Positions 8,727-19,120 of a stretch of DNA of 64,000 nt are shown piece by piece. Location: assembly GCA_026416055.1 (NCBI GenBank), contig JAOAFX010000003.1, positions 589 to 64,588 of the forward strand, read 5' to 3'. Within the stretch, counting starts at the first letter, position 1. Every line of letters starts with the position of its first letter. The DNA is from a candidate division WOR-3 bacterium (GTDB lineage Bacteria; Hydrothermota; Tepidihabitantia; SM23-42; JAOAFX01). A program made the position numbers and the translations under genes. Below the pieces are notes generated by a model, which made no database searches, was not told where the DNA came from, and worked only from the letters and a program-made list of their open reading frames with translations.

Positions 8727-11263
8727 TGAAGTGTCCATTTCTTGTAAAGAGAAAAGAGATATTTGACCGTGAAGGCAAAAAAATTGGTGAAGAAATAGAG
8801 ATAAAGGAATGTATCAAAAATGAGTGCATGGTTTATGATGGTGCAGCCAAACTCTGTTCCCTGCTTTCCACCAATATCAAGAACGGGATTATAATCGAAG
8901 ACTTCAAAAATGGTATCAAAGAAATAAAAGAAGAGATGTTTCAAAGAAGCGAGGCGATAGGGGTTATCCTTTCCACCACAGTCCAGACACTACAGGATTC
9001 GCTTCTGAGCCGCTTTGATCTGCTGAAAAAACAGAATGAGGTAATTATTCTCGGTTTTGACCGGCTTACTGAACTTCAGAATTCACTAATTGAAAACATC
9101 AAATCCGTTTCGGAAAAGAATCTCAATCAGCTCGGGATATTAACAACCACCGGTGAAAAACAGATAGAAGAGTTGAAGTTACTCAAGGATGCCTCTATAA
9201 ATATTGCAAACATTCAGAGCAGGATCGGCGAAGAATTAAAAAGTTATCTTGATGAGGTAAAGGTTAATTTCAATGGTTTGAATGAGAACATCAGCCATAA
9301 AACCGAAATTTTAAAAAGTGCGATTGAACGGGTAATCACAACGTATCAGGCAGGCACCGAAGCGGTTAACACTGCCCTTGAGAAAAATGATAGTACTTTG
9401 AAAGAACTCGTGAAACGATTCGAGATTGTGGAAAACATTTTAAATGGTGTGAACAATATTGCCGAACTGGTTAGAAATGAAATTGCTGGAATTAAGACCG
9501 AGACCGTGAATTCTCTGAACATGCTTGGAGTAAAATTAGAGGAGTTGAAATTTTCTTATCAAGATGTTGCCCGAAATCAGCAAGAGATTTCAGAAAGAAC
9601 ATTCACAGCCCTCCATGATGCACTAAGCCGTACTCTTGAAGAATTAAAATCTGCTTTACTGAACTTCCTCCAGGAACAGGGTTCAACTCAGCAAAACCTC
9701 TTGAAAGACTTTGAGGGAACGCTCAGTTTCAAACTTGATGAATTAAAAGTTCTCTTCAATGAATTTGCCAAACTCCAGCAGAGTGGTGGCGAGTTAATAA
9801 GCGGTCAGTTTGAAAAAATCGGAAACAATCTAAGCCAGAAACTTGATGATTTGATCAATATAATCAAATCGGAACTGGTAAGTCTGAAGAATGAACTCGT
9901 TAATAATATTGCGGGTATCCAGAACAATTTTGCCTCAATCATGACACCGGTAAATGAAATGAAGGAATCATTGGGCAATCAACTTGGGACCATTCTGGAA
10001 ACGATCAGAAGCCTTGAAGCACCTTTAAATGACTTGAAAAATTTCTTCAATCTCCAGATTGGTTCAATTTTGGATAGTTTAAAGAATTATGAAACACCTG
10101 TAAACGAATTGAAGAATGTCATAAACAATCAACTCCTTGCCCTCAACGAGAGTCTTAAAAATTACGAAACGCCTTTAGCCGCATTTAAAGAGTCATTGAA
10201 TAATCAGCTGATTGCAATCCAGGAAGGTCTGAAAAAATATGATACAATGAGTGAAATACTAAAGACAGGGATTTATAATATTGGTGAATTCCTGAATAAC
10301 ACGAGTCAGCACTACTTGAATTCACTGAATAATATTCAGACCGCAATCAGCAATGTTGAAGGACTCTTTGATAAAACCCAGAGTAATATCGCGAATATGA
10401 CTGAAATGATGAACAATCTCAACCGTAATTATCTTGAGTCCCTGGGCAAGATTGCCGGTCTCGCTGAAGGAATGCGCAAAGGTGTAGAAGCAGTCGGAGA
10501 AGGGATGCAGGAATCAGTGAGAGGTTTAATTTCTGAAATGAAAAGTGAAATCGGCGAACTTGAAAAACAGTATGAGAAGACATTTGGTGACATTGCCCGC
10601 CTTTCAGAAAAATTTGGTGAACTCAATAGCCAGATCAATCGTATGACTAATGAAATTCAGCGACAGTTCAAAGATTTGCTGGAACAGCAGCTGGAAGTTT
10701 CAAAGTTCAGCAGTGAAATCTTAAAGAATCTAAAAGAATATTTTGCCAAACAGGAAGAACAATATAAAGAAGAGCAGTCAACAAAGAGAAAGAAAGACGC
10801 CCTTGACCACTATGACCGTGCCACACTTTATTATTATCGGGGCAATTATGAGCTGGCATTGAACGAAATTGAACGGGCACTTGAATTAGACCGGCTTGCA
10901 GAATATTTCAATTTAAAAGGGCTTGTATTGACTGAACTGGGCAGGGAAGAGGAAGCAAAAAGATCTTATGAAGAGGCTTTAAAGTTAGAACCAAACCTTG
11001 CCGAGATCTACAACAATTTTGGACTGCTATATGTTAAATCGAAAAAACTGAATGAAGCAGTTGGCATGTTCCAGGAAGCGATCAAAAGGAATATCAATTA
11101 CAGTCTCGCCTATGTCCACATGGGTAAGGTATTGCTTGAATTAGAAAAATATGAAGAAGCAATAGCAGCCTTCCAGCGGGCATTGGAAATAGATCCAACA
11201 AACCGCGAAGCAAAGGAAGCAATAGAGTTATACAAACAGGGAAAATTGACTTCTCAGAGGTAA
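8726..11263 (+). CDS. coiled-coil protein with an N-terminal Cys cluster, about 25-aa tandem repeats and C-terminal TPRs (845 aa)
   Basis: The ATG at 8726 is preceded by GGGAGG; the track start at 8723 is a TTG. The N-terminus has Cys residues spaced CPF..x24..KEC..x4..NEC..x10..C. The central region is heptad-rich. The C-terminus has about four TPRs (YYYRGNYELALNEIERALELD...). Confidence 0.7.
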   Translation: MKCPFLVKRKEIFDREGKKIGEEIEIKECIKNECMVYDGAAKLCSLLSTNIKNGIIIEDFKNGIKEIKEEMFQRSEAIGVILSTTVQTLQDSLLSRFDLLKKQNEVIILGFDRLTELQNSLIENIKSVSEKNLNQLGILTTTGEKQIEELKLLKDASINIANIQSRIGEELKSYLDEVKVNFNGLNENISHKTEILKSAIERVITTYQAGTEAVNTALEKNDSTLKELVKRFEIVENILNGVNNIAELVRNEIAGIKTETVNSLNMLGVKLEELKFSYQDVARNQQEISERTFTALHDALSRTLEELKSALLNFLQEQGSTQQNLLKDFEGTLSFKLDELKVLFNEFAKLQQSGGELISGQFEKIGNNLSQKLDDLINIIKSELVSLKNELVNNIAGIQNNFASIMTPVNEMKESLGNQLGTILETIRSLEAPLNDLKNFFNLQIGSILDSLKNYETPVNELKNVINNQLLALNESLKNYETPLAAFKESLNNQLIAIQEGLKKYDTMSEILKTGIYNIGEFLNNTSQHYLNSLNNIQTAISNVEGLFDKTQSNIANMTEMMNNLNRNYLESLGKIAGLAEGMRKGVEAVGEGMQESVRGLISEMKSEIGELEKQYEKTFGDIARLSEKFGELNSQINRMTNEIQRQFKDLLEQQLEVSKFSSEILKNLKEYFAKQEEQYKEEQSTKRKKDALDHYDRATLYYYRGNYELALNEIERALELDRLAEYFNLKGLVLTELGREEEAKRSYEEALKLEPNLAEIYNNFGLLYVKSKKLNEAVGMFQEAIKRNINYSLAYVHMGKVLLELEKYEEAIAAFQRALEIDPTNREAKEAIELYKQGKLTSQR

Positions 11264-11279
11264 ATCTGGGGGTGTCAAT

Positions 11280-12032
11280 ATGAAAAAATTCCTCCTTGCA
11301 GTCTTATTCTTTTCGGTCATTTATGGTGATGTCATGTATGAAATAGAGACAAAAACAAGTGGACCTTCGGAGTGGGGAGAAGTCTGTATGGCTGTCCGTA
11401 ACTTTTTAAAGCGCGATAAGATGAGGATTGAGATAAAATCAGAGGGTCAATCCAAAGATACACAAACTCTTACTACAATCTTCAGAATTGACAGGGGTGT
11501 CATCTGGATACTGAATACCGATAAAAAAGAATTCACAGAAATCGCCTTGAAGGATGAATTACCAACTATCAATCCAGATACGAATTCTGTACTGTCAGAT
11601 TTAAAAATTGAAAGAACCCAGGAAAAAAAGCACATCTTGAAGATTGAATGTGAAAAATACATTGTATCCTTAAAGGTGGATTCCGGAGAAGAAAAGTTTG
11701 AAGTAAACCAGGTAATGTGGGTCGCCAGAGACTTTGTTGGTTATTCAGAAATAAAGGAATTCAATAAAAGGGCTCAGGACTACATAAGCCAATATACCCC
11801 ACCCGGTTTGGAGAACCGATTATTGAAAAATTTGCAGAAGAGAATACTGGAGATAGACGGAATTCCCCTGGAAGTAGATGCCAGGGTCAGGATTGAAAAC
11901 GATAAAGAGAATTTAGAGATAAACATTTCCAGCATCTTCAGAAAAATCTCCACCGTTCCCATCAGCGACCGGGTTTTTGAAATTCCTGAAGATTATAAGC
12001 CGGCACCAATTTTGAGAAATTTGATGGAATAA
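11280..12032 (+). CDS. secreted protein, DUF4412-like (LolA-like fold?)
   Basis: The signal peptide is MKKFLLAVLFFSVIYG. The C-terminal motif FEIPEDYKPAPI resembles DUF4412 family ends. The family assignment is from memory and unverified. Confidence 0.5.
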   Translation: MKKFLLAVLFFSVIYGDVMYEIETKTSGPSEWGEVCMAVRNFLKRDKMRIEIKSEGQSKDTQTLTTIFRIDRGVIWILNTDKKEFTEIALKDELPTINPDTNSVLSDLKIERTQEKKHILKIECEKYIVSLKVDSGEEKFEVNQVMWVARDFVGYSEIKEFNKRAQDYISQYTPPGLENRLLKNLQKRILEIDGIPLEVDARVRIENDKENLEINISSIFRKISTVPISDRVFEIPEDYKPAPILRNLME

Positions 12033-12046
12033 AATCAGGACTTTTC

Positions 12047-12601
12047 GTGTATTATAATAGTGAAAACGATGAAACGCTTATTCAAGCGGTTAAAAGTGGC
12101 GACGCTGAGGCATTCGGACCGCTGATTGAGCGCTATAAAATTGTGATTTATCGACTTGTTTACCGGATGGTGCGCAATCGGGATGACGCTGAAGACCTGG
12201 TACAGGAGATATTTATAAAGGCTTATAAAGGACTAAAGGATTTTAAGACCGGGCATAAATTCCTTCCCTGGTTATCCAGGATTGCGGTCAATCATACCTT
12301 GAATTTTATAAATAAAGAAAGAAGGGTCGAAGCTCAACCCCTTGAATGGGTGGTAAATTATGATGATGGAAAAAATAATCCCGTTGAGATGGTGGAGCAG
12401 AAGATTTTGAAAGAAAAAATTATGAAGGCAATGGAACAGTTACCGGAAGAGTACCGTGTAGTTTTGCTTTTACGTGTGGAAGAAGACATGTCGTATGAAG
12501 AGATAGGACAGGCATTAAATATTCCCCGGGGAACAGTGATGTCCAGGCTTGCCCGGGCACGGCAAAAACTTAAAGAGCTACTGGAAAAAGATAAACTATG
12601 A
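12047..12601 (+). CDS. RNA polymerase ECF (sigma-70 family) sigma factor
   Basis: Region 2 reads DAEDLVQEIFIKAYKGLKDF. The region 4 HTH reads SYEEIGQALNIPRGTVMSRLARARQKL. The start is GTG. It overlaps the anti-sigma gene by ATGA. Confidence 0.85.
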   Translation: MYYNSENDETLIQAVKSGDAEAFGPLIERYKIVIYRLVYRMVRNRDDAEDLVQEIFIKAYKGLKDFKTGHKFLPWLSRIAVNHTLNFINKERRVEAQPLEWVVNYDDGKNNPVEMVEQKILKEKIMKAMEQLPEEYRVVLLLRVEEDMSYEEIGQALNIPRGTVMSRLARARQKLKELLEKDKL

Positions 12602-13362
12602 AAAACGAGAAAGAGAAAACAACCTGCCCTTTTTCCATTGAGATGCTCAGTGCCTATATTGATAACGAACTCAATGAAATGGAGAAATTTGAAGTAGTAG
12701 AACATCTAAAGACCTGTGTCCACTGTCAGAAAATTGTCAGGGAATTTAAAGAGATCGATGAGGCACTCCACCAGTTAGAAATTGAAGAGCCTTCAAAAGA
12801 ATTTATCTATCAGTTAAAGAGAAATGTTTTAAGTAAAGTTAAAAAAGAGAAAAGACCATTATTGCGATATTTTCCAGTTCTGGTACCCCTTGCTGTTGCA
12901 ATCCTGATAATTGTGATTTTACAGCATGGACGCATGGAACCGGTGGTAAGTATGGAGTATCGCATTGCTTATGAAGACATTAAAGAGGTGGAAAAAGAGG
13001 AAGTTGTAGCACCGTCAGCACAGAAATTAACAGATGCAAAATTTCGTTTAAAATCCATTTCCCGGGCTATCGAAACAGAGGATGCCAAAAAGACGGCAGG
13101 CGAAAAATGGGAACCTGAAATGAGTTCATCAGAATTTGCCCCCATTCTCGATAAGGAAATATATGAAAAGGGGATAATAAGGGCGATGGTGGATTCCACG
13201 GGTAAGGTGGTGAGTGTGGCAAAAGGAAAAGCACTAAAACCCGAAGAAGATACGATCCTCACCAGGCTATTAAAAGGCAAAAAGATTATGTCTCCTCGAC
13301 TCCTTGGAAAACCGGCCCAGGTTTTTGTGGAAATCACTCCTGAACCCAGAGATTCAAACTGA
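12598..13362 (+). CDS. putative zinc-finger anti-sigma factor (one TM)
   Basis: The N-terminus carries the HxxxCxxC motif (HLKTCVHCQKIV) typical of ZAS anti-sigma factors. There is a single TM (LLRYFPVLVPLAVAILIIVIL). It is translationally coupled to the ECF sigma gene. Confidence 0.65.
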   Translation: MKNEKEKTTCPFSIEMLSAYIDNELNEMEKFEVVEHLKTCVHCQKIVREFKEIDEALHQLEIEEPSKEFIYQLKRNVLSKVKKEKRPLLRYFPVLVPLAVAILIIVILQHGRMEPVVSMEYRIAYEDIKEVEKEEVVAPSAQKLTDAKFRLKSISRAIETEDAKKTAGEKWEPEMSSSEFAPILDKEIYEKGIIRAMVDSTGKVVSVAKGKALKPEEDTILTRLLKGKKIMSPRLLGKPAQVFVEITPEPRDSN

Positions 13363-14037
13363 ATTTGTAATCTTCTTCATAAACTTTCGTGCTGCATCCT
13401 GCTCGGCTTCTTTTTTACTCTTTCCGCACCCTTCCGAGACCATTTTGTTATCAACATATAAACTAACAAAGAATATCTTATTATGTGGAGGTCCCTGCTC
13501 ACTCGACACCACATATTCAATCTTATTTCTATTCTTCATCGCCCATTCATTTAACAATGATTTGTAATCCCGGGATAACCGGAATTTTCTATTCAGGAGT
13601 ATTTTTTGTAAGAATTTTTTCGTATACTGAAGTCCACGATCCAGATAAAGAGCACCAATTATCGCCTCCAGGCAACAGCTGATGTTAGATACCCTATTCC
13701 TGCCACCTGTCAATTCTTCACCCCTGTCCATTATTAAAAAATCACCAATCTTTAATTCTTTTCCGATCTTATAAAGGACACTTTCTTTTGTATAGCGTTT
13801 TTTCAATTGGTTCAATCCGCCTTCATCCATCTCCGGATACTTCTTTAAAAGGTATTCACGCACAATCAACTCTAAAACTGCATCACCGAGGAATTCAAGG
13901 ACTTCGTTTGATTTTTCCGGAGCACCGGGCACGGCTGATGAATGGGTCAATGCCTTTCTCAAAAGACCTTTATTTATGAATCTTATCTCCAATATCTTTT
14001 CAACTGCCTCAAACCCTTGCGACTGCTTCGATTTCAA
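13354..14037 (-). CDS. rnc: ribonuclease III
   Basis: The catalytic signature ALTHSS...[15 protein letters not shown] and a C-terminal dsRBD are present. The start was re-assigned to the TTG at 14037, preceded by AAAGGAG with a 6-nt spacer. The track start at 14121 would overlap the upstream RidA gene by 113 bp; with the TTG the overlap is 29 bp. Confidence 0.8.
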   Translation of the reverse strand: MKSKQSQGFEAVEKILEIRFINKGLLRKALTHSSAVPGAPEKSNEVLEFLGDAVLELIVREYLLKKYPEMDEGGLNQLKKRYTKESVLYKIGKELKIGDFLIMDRGEELTGGRNRVSNISCCLEAIIGALYLDRGLQYTKKFLQKILLNRKFRLSRDYKSLLNEWAMKNRNKIEYVVSSEQGPPHNKIFFVSLYVDNKMVSEGCGKSKKEAEQDAARKFMKKITNSV

Positions 14038-14386
14038 CGAGTGCTCCTTTTGGTAATCCAGATACAAAGATAGTGCTACGGGCAGGCGGTTCAATGGTAA
14101 AATACTGTGCATAGATTTCATTCATCAGAGGAAAATTATCAGGGCTAGTGAGATAAACTGTAGTCTTGACCACATCCTTCAGGTCAGCACCTGCGGCGTT
14201 GAGAACAGCCTTCAGATTCTTCAGTACCTGTTCGGTCTGTGCCTTTATTCCTCCATCAACTATCTCGCCGGTTTCGGGTAATATCCCGATCTGTCCGGCT
14301 GTAAAGATAAATCCCTCAACCATCACAGCCTGTGAGTATGGACCGATTGCCTTCGGGGCGTTTTCGGTCTTTATGATTTTTTTCAT
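14009..14386 (-). CDS. ridA: RidA/YjgF-family reactive intermediate deaminase
   Basis: The sequence [23 protein letters not shown]...VVKTTVYL is the canonical RidA fold. AAGGAG lies 7 nt upstream. Confidence 0.85.
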   Translation of the reverse strand: MKKIIKTENAPKAIGPYSQAVMVEGFIFTAGQIGILPETGEIVDGGIKAQTEQVLKNLKAVLNAAGADLKDVVKTTVYLTSPDNFPLMNEIYAQYFTIEPPARSTIFVSGLPKGALVEIEAVARV

Positions 14387-15654
14387 TTTTCACTCCTTGT
14401 TTTTATTACACCATCTATAATATGTAATTCAAAGCCATTAAATTTAAAAACCGAATCAATTTTATAATCAAGTTTTTCATGGTAAACAATCCATACCGGC
14501 ATATTAATCTTTTCTGAAATTTTTAGCGCTTCATTCTTGTTATAAAAACCGCCGAGCTTTATCCGGTAAAGACTATCGACGCTGGAATCGATTACCACCG
14601 GCAATCCAATTGTTCTCAGGCTGTCATAAAAATTCATTGCCCGTACCCCATCTGCAAAGGCATTGAACTGGATATAATAAAGTAATGAATCTGATACAGG
14701 CTGAAGATTCGTTTTTAAAAGCGGTGGAAAGATGTCCCTTTTTTTCAATAGTTTGATCTCAGATGCCAGAACATCAAACAGCACCGGTTGACCATTTTTG
14801 TTGATTCCAACGTAGTAATACTTATCAAGATAGTATATTTCTTGTATTCCTTCGCTATTTTCCACTATCTTTTTTATTCTTAATGTGAATGGGTCAATGA
14901 AGATGATAAACTCGCTGTTGAAAAATATGAAGCCATTATTTTTAACCTGTTCATTAAGATAGACAGGCTGGAAATCAATAACCTTTCCTTCGGGATTGAT
15001 ATAGAATATCGCCTGTTTATTAGTTATTATGTATCCATATTTTTCAACTACAAATCTATCTCCTCTGTATGGAAGTTTTATTTTTTTCACAATCTTCAAT
15101 CCAGGATCAATGAAATTGAGTGTAGAACTATCAAGGGTGAGAAAACATTTTTTCTCAGGAAGATACTTGAAATCAGAAATTCTGGGAAAAGTCGCTGAAT
15201 ACAATTTTCTGCCTCGCTCGGTATCAAAAACCCTTATAATACTCTTTTTCTCTCCGTGGCTGATCAGGTAGAGCTGGTTTTGTGCAGGAAGTAGAACAGG
15301 TGAAACCATCGGTTCATAGTCTCCCGGCTCGATACCGATTCCCCCTTTAAATGAAAGATTGTGTCGATTTAATTTTATTATCTCTGAAGAAGAAACAAGC
15401 AGGATTTCATCCCGGCTAAGGGTAAGAAAATTGAACCTCTGGGGCAGGGGTGTCTGGTCTATGATTTTTAAATCTGCAGTATCAATACAAATCACATAAC
15501 GCTCGGTCAATACATACAAATTCTCATGTATACAATAATCAATAATCTCTTCTCTGATAGCCAAATTTTCGTACCATAACTTACCGGTATCAATCTTGAA
15601 AATCTGGTTCTCAATGACCACAATTTTGAAAAAGATTAGCGGAAGCAAAATCAT
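14383..15654 (-). CDS. membrane-anchored protein with a beta-rich domain and a C-terminal SPOR (peptidoglycan-binding) domain
   Basis: An N-terminal TM is present. The C-terminus [58 protein letters not shown] matches the SPOR repeat pattern. Confidence 0.55.
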   Translation of the reverse strand: MILLPLIFFKIVVIENQIFKIDTGKLWYENLAIREEIIDYCIHENLYVLTERYVICIDTADLKIIDQTPLPQRFNFLTLSRDEILLVSSSEIIKLNRHNLSFKGGIGIEPGDYEPMVSPVLLPAQNQLYLISHGEKKSIIRVFDTERGRKLYSATFPRISDFKYLPEKKCFLTLDSSTLNFIDPGLKIVKKIKLPYRGDRFVVEKYGYIITNKQAIFYINPEGKVIDFQPVYLNEQVKNNGFIFFNSEFIIFIDPFTLRIKKIVENSEGIQEIYYLDKYYYVGINKNGQPVLFDVLASEIKLLKKRDIFPPLLKTNLQPVSDSLLYYIQFNAFADGVRAMNFYDSLRTIGLPVVIDSSVDSLYRIKLGGFYNKNEALKISEKINMPVWIVYHEKLDYKIDSVFKFNGFELHIIDGVIKTRSEK

Positions 15655-15719
15655 AGCGGATTATAATAAAAAGCGAATGAAAAATCAAGGCTATGGTTTA
15701 AATTAAAAATAAAGCTGAT

Positions 15720-17942
15720 TTAAGGTCTTTTACTATTTATTCTTTTTCTTTGATCAAAATAACCTTCTTTACCCATCGGACTAGAGGCAACTCTATATTC
15801 TTCTGCTTTCGGAAATTCGTATATCCCAATCTCACTACAAACAACCCGTTTCCCCTTAATCTTTAATATATCGATGATTATCCCACCATCAGAATAGGTG
15901 TTCTGAGGCAACCATACTGAAATTCTTTTTAAATGATTTGGCGTAATAAAAGCGGTATCCAACCCCATTCCATCAACAACCAGCGCCTCAATAATCCTGC
16001 CTATTCCTTTCCCATTTTCAGGATTAGGGACTTCAGGTCCGTCCATCTTCAGGTTGTCATTAGGGTCGGAAATCTTGATTCACCAGGAGTTGTTGCAACC
16101 TTTTTGATAGCCTGCCATCCGGTATCGGTCTTGTGCCGGCTATAAATCTCTAAATTACCCCCAGAATCCCTGTCCTGCCAGACCACTGTTAGCCGGTTTC
16201 CATAGCGGTCAATCACTGGATAAAGTCTTTCTCCACTTTGTGTGGTGTAAATCGTATCAATAATCGCACCTTTCTTGTAGCAGACACTCCTTTTACCCTG
16301 CCATAAGATATGAACGTTCCTCGAATCGTCAACCACCAATGATGGCATTAGACAGAATATATTGGTAAATAATGTCTCAACAATCGCACCCTGAAAATTT
16401 TCCTTATGGACTAAATCACCGGTATCTGAGGGCAACCAGCGATACTGAGCAAAAACAAGATGTATAGTATCAGTTGTATCACAGACCATTGATGGTGGAG
16501 AGAGATTCACTACCGGCATACCAATCGTATCCGGCGGTGCCCAGCTTGAAGTCCAGCCTGTATAATAAATAAATGAACCCGAAACCCAAAAGATACAGGG
16601 AATGCCGCCAGTATCCACTGCCAGTGCGGGATAACCACCTGGATTACTTACAAGCTCACTCCTTGAAAAACTCTTCCCCGAATCCTGCGAATAGCAATAA
16701 TATATCCCATCAATAGATGAGTAAACAAGATAGACCACATCGCCAGTTGGGCTACTGATAATCTTCCGTCCATTATTATAGGCCGTTGCCAGTGGATTGT
16801 CTACTTCTCTTGGACCATATTTGGCAATCACGGAATCAGAATAGACACTCTCCAATCCGAGTGTATCAAATGCAGTAACACGATAGAGATATATCTTTCC
16901 CAATTGCACTAAAGTATCGGTGTAATTATTCACATTACCCGAACTGATTCCAGAACCCCCATCATTCCAGAATCTTTTTACATCACATTTCCGATAATCA
17001 AGTCTAACCTTCCGGGGTATTCATTCAGAAAAATAGTAGCCACAAATTTTTTGTGTCTCTTGTGGTATCACGATTGATATATCTCCATTCAATAATCTTC
17101 CTCTCAGGATTGTATTTCTTGATTTGTCTGATCCATCCCTGACCAGGCCTGGTAATGACTATTGAATCATTGTAAGCAGCAATTACGCCAGCTTCATCTC
17201 CACCGGCTGTAGGCAGGTCAAAATGCAAAAGATATCTTGGGTTGCTGAACCAGATATTACCGGTTTTGGTTGCGAAATACTGGTGATAGAGTAGACCATA
17301 AAAATAAAAATCTTCAAATTGGTAAATATGCGGAGAAAAATAGAGGTCAAACCAAGGTGCTCCTTCTGCATTCTCCCAGTGAAATGCTGTGGGATAACCT
17401 TGAAGATTATTATCACCGGGCTGGGAACCGGTTGTGAATGAAAAGGTATATGGGATCAATTCCTGCCCCTGTAAATCCTGTAATCCTGAACTAAGATGTA
17501 CCGTGTAATTGGTGTTCTTCACAAAACTTGGGTCTGGAATGAATTCAATATTTTTTTGTCCTATCCAACGCCAATCTCCTGATACACCCGGAGAAATTGT
17601 GATTACAGTCCATAAAATCCTGCTTGGTGTTTTGATTGTATCCATAGGTTCGCTGAAAGTAATCTTTATGCGTTGCTTCAATGGCACATTGGTCTGACCA
17701 TTTGCTGGTGTTGTGGATTTCACTTTAGGCCGGAAATTAGCAACTGTTACCTTTACCCACTTCGTATCCGCATTATTTCTAATATCTGCCGCAATCACCT
17801 TTACCCAATAATAACCATCAGGAAACTTCGCCACCTCAAGACTTTCGGCATCAACTGAACCCGGCTGACCATGTTTCTGCTTGGTGTTCCAGTAGTGGTT
17901 TCTTTTTTCGAGAGAAAGTAAGGACCAAAGAATAAAACACAA
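15720..17942 (-). pseudogene. degraded large cell-surface protein (Big-like, FN3-like, beta-propeller and CTD-like fragments) in three reading-frame pieces
   Basis: The fragments are 17942-17025 (Big/FN3-like, no signal peptide, begins mid-domain with a TTG), 16933-16049 and 16046-15720. Frame 2 opens in the middle of an FN3-like domain (...LYRVTAFDTLGLESVYSDS). The first and third pieces share a frame. The 5' end abuts tRNA-Pro. Confidence 0.4.
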
Positions 17943-18014
17943 TCACAGATTGCTGAAAGACGACGGTCTTTTCCTGGAATGGTCGAAGAGGTATAACAAT
18001 TTAAAAATACAAAA

Positions 18015-18089
18015 TCGGGGCGATCCGATTTGAACGGACGACCCCCAGCACCCCAAGCTGGTGCGCTAAACCAACTGCGCCACGCCCCG
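18015..18089 (-). tRNA. tRNA-Pro (anticodon GGG)
   Basis: The reverse complement CGGGGCGTGGCGCAGTTGGTTTAGCGCACCAGCTTGGGGTGCTGGGGGTCGTCCGTTCAAATCGGATCGCCCCGA folds as a cloverleaf. The anticodon loop is UUGGGGU. CCA is not encoded. Confidence 0.85.
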
Positions 18090-18189
18090 ACGAATAATTA
18101 TATTTAAAACTATTTAACTGTCAAGAAAAATTGAAAATAGAGACCAACAACAATCTTGACATTCTGCGCATGTTGAATAGCATAGGAAT

Positions 18190-19119
18190 ATGCGGTTAAA
18201 AGATATTGCCCGAATTGTCCATGGCAGATTAATAGGCGAGGATATTGAAATAAAAAACATTATGCCTCCGGAGGAAGCCAAAAAAGATTCTCTTACTTTT
18301 TTGTTCAAACCAGATTTGAAGACCGAAGCCGATGCTGTCATCTCTGAAGTGAAGATACCCCAAAAAAATTGTATAATCGTCCCAGATTGCCGGAAGGCAA
18401 TGTATCATCTCTTCAAAAAAATCGCAGACTCAAAGAGAAAATTAGGTATTTCAAAAACTGCCATCATTGAAGAGGGCTCATTGATTTCTAAATCCTGCAC
18501 AATTGATGGGCATACCGTTATTAAAAAAGGAGCAAGAATTGGCAAAGGTTGCTATCTGGGAAGCAATGTCTATATTGATGAAGATGTGGTCATAGGTGAT
18601 TACAGCACAATTGAACATAATGTGGTGATATACCGCAACACCAGAATCGGAAATTATGTTTCAATTGGAGCGAATTCAGTAATCGGTAAGGAAGGATTTG
18701 GTTATGTCAAATTCAGTAGATACAAACGTATAAGCCACATCGGCAATGTTGTGATTGAAGATTATGTTGAAATTGGAAGTAATGTCTGTATTGACCGGGC
18801 AACTATAGGTAGCACCGTGATCGGCTCTGGAACAAAGATAGATAATCTCGTCCATATTGCCCACAATGTCCGGATTGGCAAAAATTGTCTCATCATGGGT
18901 CAAAGCGGAATCGCCGGTTCAACCGTGGTCGGTGATAATGTAGTTATCTGCGGGCAGTGTGGAATAAGCGATCATTTAAAGATTGGTGATAATGTGGTAA
19001 TCCACGCAAAAAGTGGAGTATTTTCCAGCCTCGCACCTGATAAACGATACTCGGGCATTCCTGCCCGTGAGCATTACATGGTGTTGAAGGCACTTGCGAG
19101 ATTGTATAAAGAAGTCTGA
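18190..19119 (+). CDS. lpxD: UDP-3-O-(3-hydroxyacyl)glucosamine N-acyltransferase
   Basis: The N-terminus is [21 protein letters not shown]. It is followed by left-handed beta-helix hexapeptide repeats. Length is 309 aa. Confidence 0.85.
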   Translation: MRLKDIARIVHGRLIGEDIEIKNIMPPEEAKKDSLTFLFKPDLKTEADAVISEVKIPQKNCIIVPDCRKAMYHLFKKIADSKRKLGISKTAIIEEGSLISKSCTIDGHTVIKKGARIGKGCYLGSNVYIDEDVVIGDYSTIEHNVVIYRNTRIGNYVSIGANSVIGKEGFGYVKFSRYKRISHIGNVVIEDYVEIGSNVCIDRATIGSTVIGSGTKIDNLVHIAHNVRIGKNCLIMGQSGIAGSTVVGDNVVICGQCGISDHLKIGDNVVIHAKSGVFSSLAPDKRYSGIPAREHYMVLKALARLYKEV

Positions 19120-19120
19120 A

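Noticed and set aside
8576-8944. 122-aa antisense ORF spanning the junction of the two giant genes, with similar antisense ORFs at 12358-12705 and 12969-13337
   Set aside because: They lie opposite strongly supported coding sequence, have no SD, and show low-complexity composition. They are probably chance ORFs.
12050-12110. ATG-initiated short ORF (MKRLFKRLKVATLRHSDR) in the +1 frame at the ECF sigma 5' end
   Set aside because: It is out of frame with the conserved sigma region 2 and is very short. The GTG start at 12047 is used instead.
14037-14121. The longer rnc N-terminus (track start 14121)
   Set aside because: It would overlap RidA by 113 bp in the same orientation. A TTG with a strong SD at 14037 gives the canonical RNase III N-terminal length.
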